A DNA stretch of 64,000 bases from Bradymonadales bacterium (lineage in GTDB: Bacteria > Bdellovibrionota > UBA2394). The stretch spans positions 2,043-66,042 of the forward strand of contig REDG01000045.1 of assembly GCA_007693605.1 (NCBI GenBank), given 5' to 3'. Every line of letters begins with the position of its first letter. Position 1 is the first letter of the stretch. Both the position numbers and the translations under genes were made by a program. Positions 52,277 through 62,377 of the stretch are shown piece after piece. A model generated the notes under the pieces. The model was not told the origin of the DNA. It searched no databases and saw nothing but the letters and a program-made list of their open reading frames with translations.

Positions 52277-52280
52277 AACT

Positions 52281-55200
52281 TTAGGTCTTTTGACAAAGAT
52301 CGATTGTCTGACTTAGATCCTTCATGAAGCGATGCAGGGTCTTGAAATCTTCTGCCTCTTCTTTGCCTGTTTTGGCGGGTCCATCAAGTGCCGACGCAAA
52401 GCTGTAGACCAGCCGACCCTTGCTATCAAATCGAAGCCCCTCCTTAAAACGCGAGAGTAGTTTCTGAGGGTCTAGCGGGGTATCTGGATGGAAGGACATG
52501 ATCAGGCGTCCCGGTGAACAGTCCAGACTTTCTGCCTTTAGGTTGTGAGCCATGCAACGAAGCTGGGTCAAATGACAAAGGTTCTCCAACTCTCTAGGAT
52601 AGAGCCCAAAGCGATCCAATAGCTCTGACTCAAACTCTGTTAGCTCCGGGAGGTTTTCAATTTGATTTAAGCGTCGGTACGAAGAAACCCTCAGGCTTGG
52701 ATCGGGAATGTAGTGGTCTGGGATATAGGCCGTGTATGAGAAATTCATTTCTGGGAGGCTGGCTGAGCCAGACCTTCCCTCTCGAATTTCATTTAGGCTT
52801 TCCTCAAGCATCTGATTGTAAAGCTCGAGGCCGATCTCGGCAATTACGCCCGACTGTTCTTCGCCCAACAGGTTGCCTGAGCCTCGGATCTCAAGATCAT
52901 GAGTGGCCACCCTGAATCCACTTCCCAAGGCTGTGCAGCTCTGAATGACATGAAGGCGCTTTGAGGCCTCTTCAGTGAGAGGAGTTTCTTCGTGAACAAG
53001 AAAGTAAGCATAAGCTTTGCGATCGGATCGACCGACTCGCCCTCTGATCTGATAGAGATCGCTCAGACCAAACATTTCAGCATGATCGACAAAGAGAGTG
53101 TTGACATTAGGGATGTCGATGCCGTTCTCAATGATGCTTGTTGCGACGAGCATATCAAAATCTCTGTTGATAAATCTCATCATCTTTGATTCTAACTCGT
53201 CCTCTGGCATCTGCCCGTGCGCGAATTCAATCTTCAATTCTGGCAATAACTTTCTTAATCGGTCTGTCAGTCCCTCAATTGACTTCACTCGATTGTGAAC
53301 AAAGAATATCTGGCCCCCACGAGTGAACTCCTTCAAGGCAGCCGTCCTGATAAGTGAATCGTCGTAGAAGCCCACCGAGGTGGCCACTTCTTCTCGAGAC
53401 TCCGGCGGCGTCACAATAAGCGACAAATCTCTGATCCCAGCAATCGACATTTGAAGAGTTCTTGGAATTGGCGTTGCCGACAGGCTAAGAACATCAAGAT
53501 CTCTCTTTAACTTTTTGATTCGTTCTTTGTGTTTCACGCCGAATCGCTGTTCTTCATCGACCACCAAAAGGCCGAGATTTGCAAATTGGATATCCCGCTG
53601 AAGAAGTCGGTGGGTTCCAATCACGATAGCAAGATCTCCGCTCTGAAGCGCTTGAATGCTCTGTTTCTGTTCAGCACTAGAAGCAAACCGAGACAGTCGC
53701 TCCACCCGAATTCCGAAGCGACCAAATCTCTTTTTAAAATCCTGATAGTGCTGCTCTACCAGCAAGGTGGTGGGGGCCAGAACCGCCACCTGTGTTTTTT
53801 GAAGGAGCCGAAACATAATGGCTCTGAGGGCGACCTCAGTCTTTCCGAAGCCCACATCGCCGCAGACCAATCGATCCATTGGATGGGGCTGAGTCAGATC
53901 TTTCTCTATCGCGCGAATGGCAGAATCTTGGTCGGCCGTCAGTTCGTAGGGGAAGGACTGACAGAACTCTTCATAGAGACTCTCATCAATGGGGGGTCGA
54001 GTGAAAGAGATAAGTTTTCGGTGCGCAGCGATTTCAATTAGTTGGTGAGCAATACGAAGAATGTCTTCTTTCGCTCGATTCTTCTTTCTAAGAAAAGACT
54101 GGCTGCCAAGGCGATCAAGTTTCGGTTCCGCATAGCCGTCTCCTCTGACGAACCTAGAAATCTGATGGAGGCGGTAAATCGGCAGGTAAAGCTTGTCGCC
54201 GTCGAAATACTCGATTTGAGCAAACTCACTCTTTGCCTGTGAAACTTCTAATGTCACCAAGCCTTGATATCGACCGAGACCATGTTCTTCATGAACGACA
54301 AAATCGCCCGCCTTCAGGTCTGAAAACTCTCTCAAAAAATCTGAAGCCTTTATCTCCGATCGTCCCTTTGCGGACTTTCGGCTCTGACCAAAAAGATCTC
54401 GTTCGGTGAAGACAGCCACCCCGAGGCTCTGCGACTGAAAACCAAGAAAGGGGGGGCCGTTCTGCCATGAGACAATCTCATTGAGTTCGTCGAGTGCTTC
54501 TTGAAGGGCTTCCTTTCGTTTCGGGTGATTCACGACTAGATGAACCTCGGTTTGATTGTCCTTAAGTCGGCCAACTTCTTCGATCAAGGGTCGAAAGCTC
54601 TTCGACCGAATGAGCTGGCTTCTAAGGCTCTCATGTTGAAGGACATCATGAATCTCAGTGCCGGCCTTTATTCGGCTGTAGACCGCATAAGCCGTTGAGC
54701 AAGCCTCCTGCGTGTTCTGCAAAAGCTCAATGGGATAGTGAAAAGCCTTGGAGTCTTTGGCGGATCTCTCTTCTTCTTTCAATAGCTCTTCACACTGCGC
54801 TTGACTCTCTTCCGGATCAATCTCAACAAACTCAGTTTGTGGATCGAGATATTCCACTAGGCTAACGAGCCCTTGTTTCATAGCGGGCAAGAAGAGCCTT
54901 GTATTGATAAAATCTCGTTGTCTTTGAATTTTCCAGACGGTTTCTTCCCTTTCATCTCTAGAGATTCCTCTAAGGTCGCCAAGCAGTTTAAGTTCTCGAA
55001 AAATTTCGTCTTGAGTGGAAACAGAAAAGGCAAACTCTCGACAGGGATGCAAATAGATTTCATCCCACTCCTTCAAAGATCTTTGAGTCAGGGGGTCAAA
55101 GCTGCGAATCGAGACAATCTCGTCACCAAAAAACTCTAGTCGATAGGGCGTGTCGGAAATCGGGTCAAAAACATCGATGAGATGCCCTCGAACCGAGAAG

Positions 55201-55640
55201 AAGCCCTGATCTTGAACGGTGGTGTCTTCAACGAAGCCAGCGCCTCGCAAATATTGAAGAAAAGTAGGCCTCTCGAGCCAGTCTGATTTCTTTAGCTTTA
55301 GTCTCAGGCTCTCCAAAAACTGTGGCCTCAATACGGACTGTTTGAGCGCAAATCGATTGGTGACCAGAAAGAAATTTTGGTGGCGAGACTCGGCCAGAGA
55401 AAATTGAGCCCTCAGCCTTTCGATTTGATGACTGGGCTCGGGTCGAACGGGATCGAAACTCTGCTCAAAGTGGGGAAAGTAATAGACGGGCCGATCTCCT
55501 GCAAAATGCCTCAAAGCCTGCAGCCAGGGCCGAAGCTCAAAAACCGGAGGCAGCAAAATGACGGCTCGATTGAACTTCTGACTGATAAAATAAGCCGACG
55601 AACTTCCGATGAGGCCGCTGGGAGCAGAAATTTGGCTCAT
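52281..55640 (-). CDS. mfd: Transcription-repair coupling factor
   Basis: CGDVGFGKTEVA, DEEQRFGV, SATPIPRTL, QIRGRVGRS, DLEIRGSGNLLG. Confidence 0.96.
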   Translation of the reverse strand: MSQISAPSGLIGSSSAYFISQKFNRAVILLPPVFELRPWLQALRHFAGDRPVYYFPHFEQSFDPVRPEPSHQIERLRAQFSLAESRHQNFFLVTNRFALKQSVLRPQFLESLRLKLKKSDWLERPTFLQYLRGAGFVEDTTVQDQGFFSVRGHLIDVFDPISDTPYRLEFFGDEIVSIRSFDPLTQRSLKEWDEIYLHPCREFAFSVSTQDEIFRELKLLGDLRGISRDEREETVWKIQRQRDFINTRLFLPAMKQGLVSLVEYLDPQTEFVEIDPEESQAQCEELLKEEERSAKDSKAFHYPIELLQNTQEACSTAYAVYSRIKAGTEIHDVLQHESLRSQLIRSKSFRPLIEEVGRLKDNQTEVHLVVNHPKRKEALQEALDELNEIVSWQNGPPFLGFQSQSLGVAVFTERDLFGQSRKSAKGRSEIKASDFLREFSDLKAGDFVVHEEHGLGRYQGLVTLEVSQAKSEFAQIEYFDGDKLYLPIYRLHQISRFVRGDGYAEPKLDRLGSQSFLRKKNRAKEDILRIAHQLIEIAAHRKLISFTRPPIDESLYEEFCQSFPYELTADQDSAIRAIEKDLTQPHPMDRLVCGDVGFGKTEVALRAIMFRLLQKTQVAVLAPTTLLVEQHYQDFKKRFGRFGIRVERLSRFASSAEQKQSIQALQSGDLAIVIGTHRLLQRDIQFANLGLLVVDEEQRFGVKHKERIKKLKRDLDVLSLSATPIPRTLQMSIAGIRDLSLIVTPPESREEVATSVGFYDDSLIRTAALKEFTRGGQIFFVHNRVKSIEGLTDRLRKLLPELKIEFAHGQMPEDELESKMMRFINRDFDMLVATSIIENGIDIPNVNTLFVDHAEMFGLSDLYQIRGRVGRSDRKAYAYFLVHEETPLTEEASKRLHVIQSCTALGSGFRVATHDLEIRGSGNLLGEEQSGVIAEIGLELYNQMLEESLNEIREGRSGSASLPEMNFSYTAYIPDHYIPDPSLRVSSYRRLNQIENLPELTEFESELLDRFGLYPRELENLCHLTQLRCMAHNLKAESLDCSPGRLIMSFHPDTPLDPQKLLSRFKEGLRFDSKGRLVYSFASALDGPAKTGKEEAEDFKTLHRFMKDLSQTIDLCQKT

Positions 55641-55647
55641 GAGGCAG

Positions 55648-56799
55648 CTAATTGTAAAGATCGGGTTGAGTAAAGATCGAAAAGCTTACTTTTAGAACCC
55701 ACAGCGCACAAAGATCCACCGCCTTTCGCCAGAGGGCCCGCTTTGAAAACTCCTCTAGCTGGCGGGCCTGAGTCTTGCCTTCGATACTCCGTAGAATCAA
55801 GCGCCGAAGAGCGTCACAATCTTCTTTTCTGTGAAAGACAGCATTCGCCTCCAAATTGAAAAACACGCTCGTCGGATCGAGATTGTGAGACCCAAGGGTC
55901 GCCCATTCTTGATCGATAACGGCCACTTTTTCATGAACGAGATAGTTGTTATGCTCCAAGATTTCTACCCCGTCGCCTAGCAATTGAGCATAAAGGTTTC
56001 GAGAGGCCGCCTTCAGAATCGGAAATTCAGAGATTCCTTGAAGGAGTAGACGAACTCGAACTCCTCTCTTTGCCGCCTTTCGGAGCGCTCGGAGCATGGA
56101 TTGGGGGGGTAGAAAATAGGCATTGGCGATCAGCACTTCTGACTTCGCTCTTTTAATCTTTCGAATGTATTCACGATAAATGTCTCTTCGCCGCAACAAA
56201 TTGTCCCGAACCAAGAATTCAATGTCCTGACTTTCTTTTTTCTTCTTCAGAATTTGATTGATGAAGACCTCGGACTGACCCCGAATCAAATTTCCAAGCC
56301 GTTTGCCGTGCGTGCTCATCAACCACTGGCAGTAGTCGGCCGCCATGCTGGCGATTGGACCATGAATGTGAGCCATATAGTCGTGTTTGTAGAGTTTTTC
56401 CTTCGCTTCTAGATGATCGGCGATGATGTTCATTCCCCCAATGAAGCTCTCTTTACGGTCGATCACGACTAGTTTGGCATGAAGTCGTGGAAAAAGATCA
56501 AAACGGACCCAAGGGAATTTCTTCGGGCGGAAGCGTTCAAAATGAACTCCATCAGAAAAATAGCTGTCAATGAAGCTTTGAGGCATGCGCAGTGACCCGT
56601 GCGCATCGATCATCAGGCGAACTCGAACCCCTCGGTGAGCGGCCCTCTTTAGGGCGGTGGCCACACGAATTCCCACAGAGTCGGCCTCAAAGATATAGGT
56701 CAAAAACAGAACTTCTTCTTGGGCTCGATCGATAGCTTCGATTAGGTCTGAAAAATACTGGTCGCCTCCTTCGATAAATTTGACTTGATGAGTTTTCAT
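55648..56799 (-). CDS. clsB: Cardiolipin synthase B-like phospholipase D
   Basis: Two HKD motifs (HAKLVVID, HEKVAVID), ANAYFLP, no N-terminal TMs, follows a ybhP-like gene. Confidence 0.85.
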   Translation of the reverse strand: MKTHQVKFIEGGDQYFSDLIEAIDRAQEEVLFLTYIFEADSVGIRVATALKRAAHRGVRVRLMIDAHGSLRMPQSFIDSYFSDGVHFERFRPKKFPWVRFDLFPRLHAKLVVIDRKESFIGGMNIIADHLEAKEKLYKHDYMAHIHGPIASMAADYCQWLMSTHGKRLGNLIRGQSEVFINQILKKKKESQDIEFLVRDNLLRRRDIYREYIRKIKRAKSEVLIANAYFLPPQSMLRALRKAAKRGVRVRLLLQGISEFPILKAASRNLYAQLLGDGVEILEHNNYLVHEKVAVIDQEWATLGSHNLDPTSVFFNLEANAVFHRKEDCDALRRLILRSIEGKTQARQLEEFSKRALWRKAVDLCALWVLKVSFSIFTQPDLYN

Positions 56800-57575
56800 T
56801 CTCTCTTCGAAGGCCTTTCGAGTTCAAGTTCGGCCCATAGGGCCGCATGATCCGAGAGGGCCCTCCAGGGTTTTCCCTTCAGGACCTCAACCGATCGGGC
56901 CTTAAGGCCTCGGATATATATACGATCGAGCCGCAAGATCGGAAAGAACGATGGAAAGCTTTTCGCGGGGCTGCCGTCGACGGCCTCGAAAGCCTCAACG
57001 AACTGGTGCTCTCTTGGAAAGCTCTGCTGAGCCTTGTTTGACCAGTCGTTGAAATCGCCAGCGAGAATCAAGGCTTCCGTTTCTGCGATGGAACTTGAAA
57101 TATACTCGCTCAACAGTTGGTACTGATGTTTTCGGTCTTTATGAAGAAGGTTTAAATGAACGCAAATGGCGTGAAGTCGTTGCTGTGTGGGCGGCAGAAT
57201 GATTTCACAGTGAAGAAGACCTCTCTGCTCCCAGCGATTTACAGAAAGGCTGACATGCTGAGAATTTAGAATTGGGAACTTTGAAAGAATGGCATTGCCG
57301 TGATGGCCGTGAGGGTAGACCGCATTCTTCGCGTAAGCATAGTCTCGCCAGATTCGATCGGCCAAGAACTCGTACTGAGAGGTCTCTGGCCAGTTGGGAA
57401 GGCGATGAGCTCTTCTTTGATTCTCGCCTTGCACCTCTTGCAGAAAGATGAGATCTGACGAGACCTTGTCGAAAGCCTCTTTCAGTTGATGAAGCACAAA
57501 GTTTCTCTCAAAACTTGAAAATCCCTTATGGATATTCATCGTGATAATGTTCAATTTCAAATTGGAGCGGCTCAT
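56796..57575 (-). CDS. EEP family hydrolase (YbhP-like)
   Basis: TMNIHKG, FLQEV, GNAILS, GDFNDW, LDRIY, SDHA. Confidence 0.9.
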   Translation of the reverse strand: MSRSNLKLNIITMNIHKGFSSFERNFVLHQLKEAFDKVSSDLIFLQEVQGENQRRAHRLPNWPETSQYEFLADRIWRDYAYAKNAVYPHGHHGNAILSKFPILNSQHVSLSVNRWEQRGLLHCEIILPPTQQRLHAICVHLNLLHKDRKHQYQLLSEYISSSIAETEALILAGDFNDWSNKAQQSFPREHQFVEAFEAVDGSPAKSFPSFFPILRLDRIYIRGLKARSVEVLKGKPWRALSDHAALWAELELERPSKRE

Positions 57576-57585
57576 GAGATTAAGA

Positions 57586-58764
57586 CTAGTATAAAAGAAA
57601 TTCTCTTCTTTGTTTTGAAAACTCTTTTTCTTCATCAGCCCATTTTCGAAAAAGATCTTTGAGGGAAGATTGGGCGTCTATTACTTCTCTGAAAGTCGAA
57701 TCTCCAGAAAGGATGTCGATGGCCAGCTTTTCCCTTTCATACTCGTAGGGCTCTCGGTTCCAATCCCAGGCCTGGCCGTAGAGATTTCTAAACACCCAGA
57801 TCAAAACCGCGGCATGTCGCAAGGCCAAGAAGTCCCTTGAATCTGGGACGATTTGAAGCGCGCCATAGCAGAGCTGCCCCTTAAACTTGTGAAAAGTTGG
57901 AACGAAGCCCTGTCGATGAAAGTGAACGGGCTTCAATGACAGTTTTTTACATAGTTCTTGGTAGTGTCTTTCAATCTCGTTCCAGTTAAAGAACGGCGCT
58001 CCAATCAGCTCGAAGGGTCGGGTGGTGCCACGACCTTCAGAGAGACTCGTGCCTTCAAGCAAGCACATCCCCGGATAGAGTCGACAAGCCTCAAAATTGG
58101 GAAGGTTGGGAGAGGGCAAGATCCATGGCCGTTTCCAATCATAAAAACTTTGAGCTCGTCGCCAAGACTGCAGCGGAATGACTTTTAGTTTTAGGGTCTT
58201 GGAGATTCGACTCGCAAAAAATTTCGCAAGTTCTCCGATCGTCATTCCATGGACAACTGGAATCGGAAATCGTCCCACAAAAGATTGGTACTCCAGATCG
58301 AGAATGGGGCCCTCAATCATTCGACCGCCCAAGGGATTAGGCCGATCGCAAACAATCACCTCCACACCCAGATCTGCACAAACCTCCATCATATAAGAGA
58401 GGCTGTAGATGAAGGTATAGTAGCGAGCCCCAACATCCATCAGATCCACAATGACGGCATGCACTCCCTTCAAGGACTCTCTGGTGGGGATGCGGGTCTT
58501 TCCGTAGAGAGAATAAACAGGGCGACCGTCTGGAAACTCAAAATCCTCCCACTCAATCATATTGTCTTGAGTTTCTCCGAAGATGCCGTGTTGAGGCCCA
58601 AAAAGAGCCTTCACCTTGAGTTTCGGATCGAGAAGATTCAACAAATGTTTAAGCTTCTTGTCGATCGAGGCGGGGTGGCACAAAAGAGCATAGTTTTTCC
58701 CTCTAGACTGCTTAGAGCCGAGAGTTTGAACAATTTTATCAATTCCGAAGCTTGGTGCTTTCAT
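57586..58764 (-). CDS. namZ: Exo-beta-N-acetylmuramidase NamZ (DUF1343)
   Basis: LFGPQHG, YSLYG, DVGARYYTFI, DRPNP, SEGRGTTRPFE; alternative start at 58782. Confidence 0.88.
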   Translation of the reverse strand: MKAPSFGIDKIVQTLGSKQSRGKNYALLCHPASIDKKLKHLLNLLDPKLKVKALFGPQHGIFGETQDNMIEWEDFEFPDGRPVYSLYGKTRIPTRESLKGVHAVIVDLMDVGARYYTFIYSLSYMMEVCADLGVEVIVCDRPNPLGGRMIEGPILDLEYQSFVGRFPIPVVHGMTIGELAKFFASRISKTLKLKVIPLQSWRRAQSFYDWKRPWILPSPNLPNFEACRLYPGMCLLEGTSLSEGRGTTRPFELIGAPFFNWNEIERHYQELCKKLSLKPVHFHRQGFVPTFHKFKGQLCYGALQIVPDSRDFLALRHAAVLIWVFRNLYGQAWDWNREPYEYEREKLAIDILSGDSTFREVIDAQSSLKDLFRKWADEEKEFSKQRREFLLY

Positions 58765-58827
58765 CTTGACCCTGCGAAACATTCTCGCGGAAAATGAAGC
58801 TTAGGGGAATCTTTAAAGGGGGAGGAT

Positions 58828-59658
58828 TTGATAGGCTTTCTGCGCCTGCTTTTATTCACTTTTTGTTGGACGAGCTTCGGAGGGCTAGAGGCCTCGAGTT
58901 CTCAGACGGATCTGTTTTTGCGCAGTCTTCGCTTTAGGGCGCAGCCCTATGCTCTACCCTTCTTTGAATTGGGTCTGGGTTCGACCTCTTATATCTCTTT
59001 TCAAGAGGGGCCGACGGCAAAGTATCGATTGTTTACAAATTCGATGGTTTTGCCGAACAGCCATGCTTTTGACTCACAGTCCCTTCACCCCTTTTATCGA
59101 CAGAATCCCATTCAATTGGGAACTCTCGCCCACGAGTCTTTTCATGCCTTTGTCGCAAACTTTATTCGACGAGATCCGCGATATCATTCAATGAATCGTT
59201 GGATGGAGATTCGATCTCAAAATCTTTATCGAGACTTGGAGCTTTCAAGTTCAAAGAATTTTGTGGCGCTCGAAGAGGCCTATGCTTCATTCATTGATGC
59301 CATATATATGACTGTTCGCAATCTCGAGGCCTATCTAGATCGCGCATCTCGTAGCGATGAGGGCTTCGATTGTTCAATGCTTTTCAGTTTTGTGAATCGA
59401 AGCTGGCAAACCGCCTGGCACCACCCAATTTACGGCTACTACTATAATGACAGTCTGGTCGATAATGCCCGGGCGTTTTGGGCGCGATTCACCGGAAGAG
59501 ACGGGCCCGTGCTTGACGAAGAGCAATTTGTCGAAATCTCTATACAGAGAGCCGATCGAGACTGGATTTCTAGAGAGATCTTTCTCGAAGAAATTTCAGA
59601 AGATCCACTTCAAACTTTTGGCTTTAAGTTTGAGGCAATTGGCTGTCCCATCGAATAA
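58828..59658 (+). CDS. Secreted hypothetical protein with HExxH motif
   Basis: GGGGAGG SD with TTG start, signal peptide, LAHESFHAF and downstream EEAYA. Confidence 0.7.
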   Translation: MIGFLRLLLFTFCWTSFGGLEASSSQTDLFLRSLRFRAQPYALPFFELGLGSTSYISFQEGPTAKYRLFTNSMVLPNSHAFDSQSLHPFYRQNPIQLGTLAHESFHAFVANFIRRDPRYHSMNRWMEIRSQNLYRDLELSSSKNFVALEEAYASFIDAIYMTVRNLEAYLDRASRSDEGFDCSMLFSFVNRSWQTAWHHPIYGYYYNDSLVDNARAFWARFTGRDGPVLDEEQFVEISIQRADRDWISREIFLEEISEDPLQTFGFKFEAIGCPIE

Positions 59659-59662
59659 AGCG

Positions 59663-59694
59663 ACTGTCGCCAAACTCTCGATTCGGGGGTGGCG
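59663..59694. repeat. MITE/REP-like element, partial copy 2
   Basis: ACTGTCGCCAAACTCTCGATTCGGGGGTGGCG, 31/32 identical to 21822-21853. Confidence 0.7.
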
Positions 59695-59767
59695 TTCGAG
59701 GCGCATCTGCTTCTCCGCCAACTCCCGCAGTTCAAGTCACTTGAGGAGATTTGTCCTCCACTCATCC

Positions 59768-61213
59768 TCATGACTTTTCAATCTGCTTGATCCAGTCTTG
59801 ATACAAACTGCCATAGCGGTTCGTTTCAGAAGCTTTGGGTTGAAAGCCTCGGTCTTTCTTCCAGAGCGATTCGATTTCTTTTAAACTCAGGAGTCCAATC
59901 GAAAACGCAGCCAGAAGCCCAACTCCGACGGCCGTTGCCTCAAAAGACTTGGGTCGAATGAGAGGTTCGTCTAGGACATCCGATTGAATCTGCATTAACA
60001 AATTGTTTTGAGAGGCGCCGCCGTCCACCCTCCACTCGATGGCCCGATCTCCGGCGTCTTTTCGAATGGCATCAATGAGAGCACGATTCTGAAAGGCCAA
60101 GGCTTCAAGAGAGGCTCTTGCGATATGAGATCGATTCGTTCCACGGGTAAGTCCAACAATCTGACCACGCATCTCTGACTTCCAAAATGGCGCGCCAAGC
60201 CCGGTGAGGGCCGGAATCACCATGACTCCGAGCGAGTCCTTCACCTTCTTTGCAAGCTTCTCCGAATCTTTGCTCGTTGAAAGCAGGCCCAGCTCGTCTC
60301 TCAACCATTGAATCCAAGCGCCACAGATAAAGCTGCTCCCCTCGAGAGCGTAGACCTTCTTTCCATTTTTCCACTGCAGGGCAATCGTCGCAGCGAGTTT
60401 GTGTTCTGAAATCTTTGAGTCGTCTCCTGTGTTCACCAGAATAAATGAACCTGTTCCGAATGTGATTTTGCCAGTCGAGGGCTTCCAAGCGTTTTGACCA
60501 AACAAGGCAGCCTGCTGATCTCCTAGAATCGCCCGAATGGGTATGCCTTTGGGTAAAAATGAAAGCGCTTTTGTTGAAAGTTCAGCGCCTTCAGAGGGAA
60601 CAATCTGAGGAGCAAATTTTTGAGGGATGTCGAACTGATCGAATAGCTCAGCCTCCCACTTTCCAGATTCAAGACCCAGAAGCTGTGTTCGGTGAGCATT
60701 GGTTATCTCTGTTACATCCTCGCCAGTAAGCTGATGAAGCAAAAAGCTATCAATCGTTCGAAACTTGAGATCCCTCTTCTTTGAAAGCTTCAGCTCTCGA
60801 ATGAGCCAAGCGATTTTTGAAGAACTAAAATAGGGGTCCACTGGCAGGCCTGTTTTTTTTAGAATGCTGTCGCCAAATCGACTGCGAATGAGGTCACAAT
60901 CGCGAGAGCTTCGCCGATCTTGCCAGACAATGAAACGATGAAGGGCTTTTCGGCCCTCGAAAAGGCTTACCGTTTCTCGTTGATTCGTGATTCCAATGAC
61001 CTCAATTTTTTCCGCTCTCGCTCGTGCTTTGGTGAGAGCTCCCGAGATGGCATGAGAGAGGCTCTTCATGATCTGATTGGGGTCATGTTCTACCCAGCCC
61101 GCTTTCGGGTAGTGTTGCGTCACAGCACTGGTGAATTTGGATTTGATTTGCCCCTTCTTCGTCATTAAAACGGCTGTTGTTCCGGTTGTGCCTTGATCGA
61201 TTCCTAAAATCAT
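59768..61213 (-). CDS. glpK: Glycerol kinase
   Basis: IDQGTTGT, GITNQRET, WQDRR, DPYFS, GDQQAALFG, FGTGSF, DGGAS. Confidence 0.93.
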   Translation of the reverse strand: MILGIDQGTTGTTAVLMTKKGQIKSKFTSAVTQHYPKAGWVEHDPNQIMKSLSHAISGALTKARARAEKIEVIGITNQRETVSLFEGRKALHRFIVWQDRRSSRDCDLIRSRFGDSILKKTGLPVDPYFSSSKIAWLIRELKLSKKRDLKFRTIDSFLLHQLTGEDVTEITNAHRTQLLGLESGKWEAELFDQFDIPQKFAPQIVPSEGAELSTKALSFLPKGIPIRAILGDQQAALFGQNAWKPSTGKITFGTGSFILVNTGDDSKISEHKLAATIALQWKNGKKVYALEGSSFICGAWIQWLRDELGLLSTSKDSEKLAKKVKDSLGVMVIPALTGLGAPFWKSEMRGQIVGLTRGTNRSHIARASLEALAFQNRALIDAIRKDAGDRAIEWRVDGGASQNNLLMQIQSDVLDEPLIRPKSFEATAVGVGLLAAFSIGLLSLKEIESLWKKDRGFQPKASETNRYGSLYQDWIKQIEKS

Positions 61214-61283
61214 TTCTCTAGCCTAAAGGAAGGGGGATTCGAGTAAAATGGAATTTTGAGGGGCCTTTGGCGACACCCCTTGA

Positions 61284-62042
61284 GTGAAGGAGTTTTGTTC
61301 GGTTGTGATCAGGGACTATTTTTCAGATCTAGAGCTTTCGTCAGACTGTGATTCTGAGGCAATTCGCCAGGCCTATCGAAGGTTAGCCCGAAGATTTCAT
61401 CCGGACCTGAATCCGCGCGACGAATATGCTGCCGAGTCATTTCGTCGCATTCAAGAGGCTTTTGACTATCTGAGTGTGGACAAAAATCGTGAGGATCTTC
61501 GTCAGAAGCTCGATCGTTGGGCCTCTAAGCCCGGGAGTTTGCAGAAATGGCGGAAAGAGCCGCAGTTCTTCGGAGATCCCCAGGGCTTTACCGACGAGTG
61601 GACGCTGAAATCGCCAAGACCTGCTGAGGAGCTTTCTGTGCATATCAAAGTCGAGATTCAGGCAGGTACTGAGACCAAGCCCCAATCGGTCGAATTGAAC
61701 TTATTGAAGCCCTGTTCTGCCTGCCGAGGGCAAGGAGGGGCTTCTCAGTCGGTGCAAACAACTTGTAAAGCCTGTGCTGGCCTTTCGTACCAATTGATTC
61801 GGCGCGGCGCGTTTCGCTGGAAAAAAACCTGCGATTCTTGCCTCGGAAAGGGCTATCAGGTTGTGGGGGCCTGTCAAAACTGTACGGGATCTGGCAAAAT
61901 AACAAAGAGGGAAAGCCTGATTCTGTCGCCTCCGCAGCCCATTCCGAGGGACTCTGAGGTCTGCTATCCGGAAAAAGGCCACACCTCATTTGACGGAAAG
62001 ATGCGAGGGGATTTATGGGTTCAGTGGAAGATCAAGAGTTGA
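61284..62042 (+). CDS. Short DnaJ-family protein (J domain + zinc finger)
   Basis: HPD motif; four CxxCxG repeats; ends GDLWVQW; alternative GTG start at 61305. Confidence 0.85.
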   Translation: MKEFCSVVIRDYFSDLELSSDCDSEAIRQAYRRLARRFHPDLNPRDEYAAESFRRIQEAFDYLSVDKNREDLRQKLDRWASKPGSLQKWRKEPQFFGDPQGFTDEWTLKSPRPAEELSVHIKVEIQAGTETKPQSVELNLLKPCSACRGQGGASQSVQTTCKACAGLSYQLIRRGAFRWKKTCDSCLGKGYQVVGACQNCTGSGKITKRESLILSPPQPIPRDSEVCYPEKGHTSFDGKMRGDLWVQWKIKS

Positions 62043-62377
62043 AAGAGGAGTATTCTTCAGAAGAAGTCTCTCAGAGTCTCAACTTGAGCCTGGAAGAGAT
62101 TCAGAAGTTCCAAAACGAAGGCGTTTTTGACTTTCTCGATGACCAGCACCAGAAGCTTGATCACAAAAACTTTCTAAGACTGAAGTCAGCCGTCTCGCTC
62201 TATCGGGAGCTAGGTGTTAATCTGGCCGGCATTGATATCATTCTTTCGATGAAAGAGAAAATGTCTCATCTTCAGACCGAGTTCAATGACCTTCTGGTTC
62301 AAGTTCAGAAGAAGCTGGGGAATCAAATTCAAAAAGATATGTCAGAGATCAGCAAGAACCTGAAAAAAGACTCTTAA
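62015..62377 (+). CDS. CbpM/MerR-like chaperone modulator
   Basis: LYRELGVNLAGIDIILSM motif; overlaps the J-protein gene. Confidence 0.8.
   Translation: MGSVEDQELKEEYSSEEVSQSLNLSLEEIQKFQNEGVFDFLDDQHQKLDHKNFLRLKSAVSLYRELGVNLAGIDIILSMKEKMSHLQTEFNDLLVQVQKKLGNQIQKDMSEISKNLKKDS

Noticed and set aside
60137-60152. parS-like CGTTCCACGGG in glpK
   Set aside because: Half-site only; explained by the conserved TRGT codons
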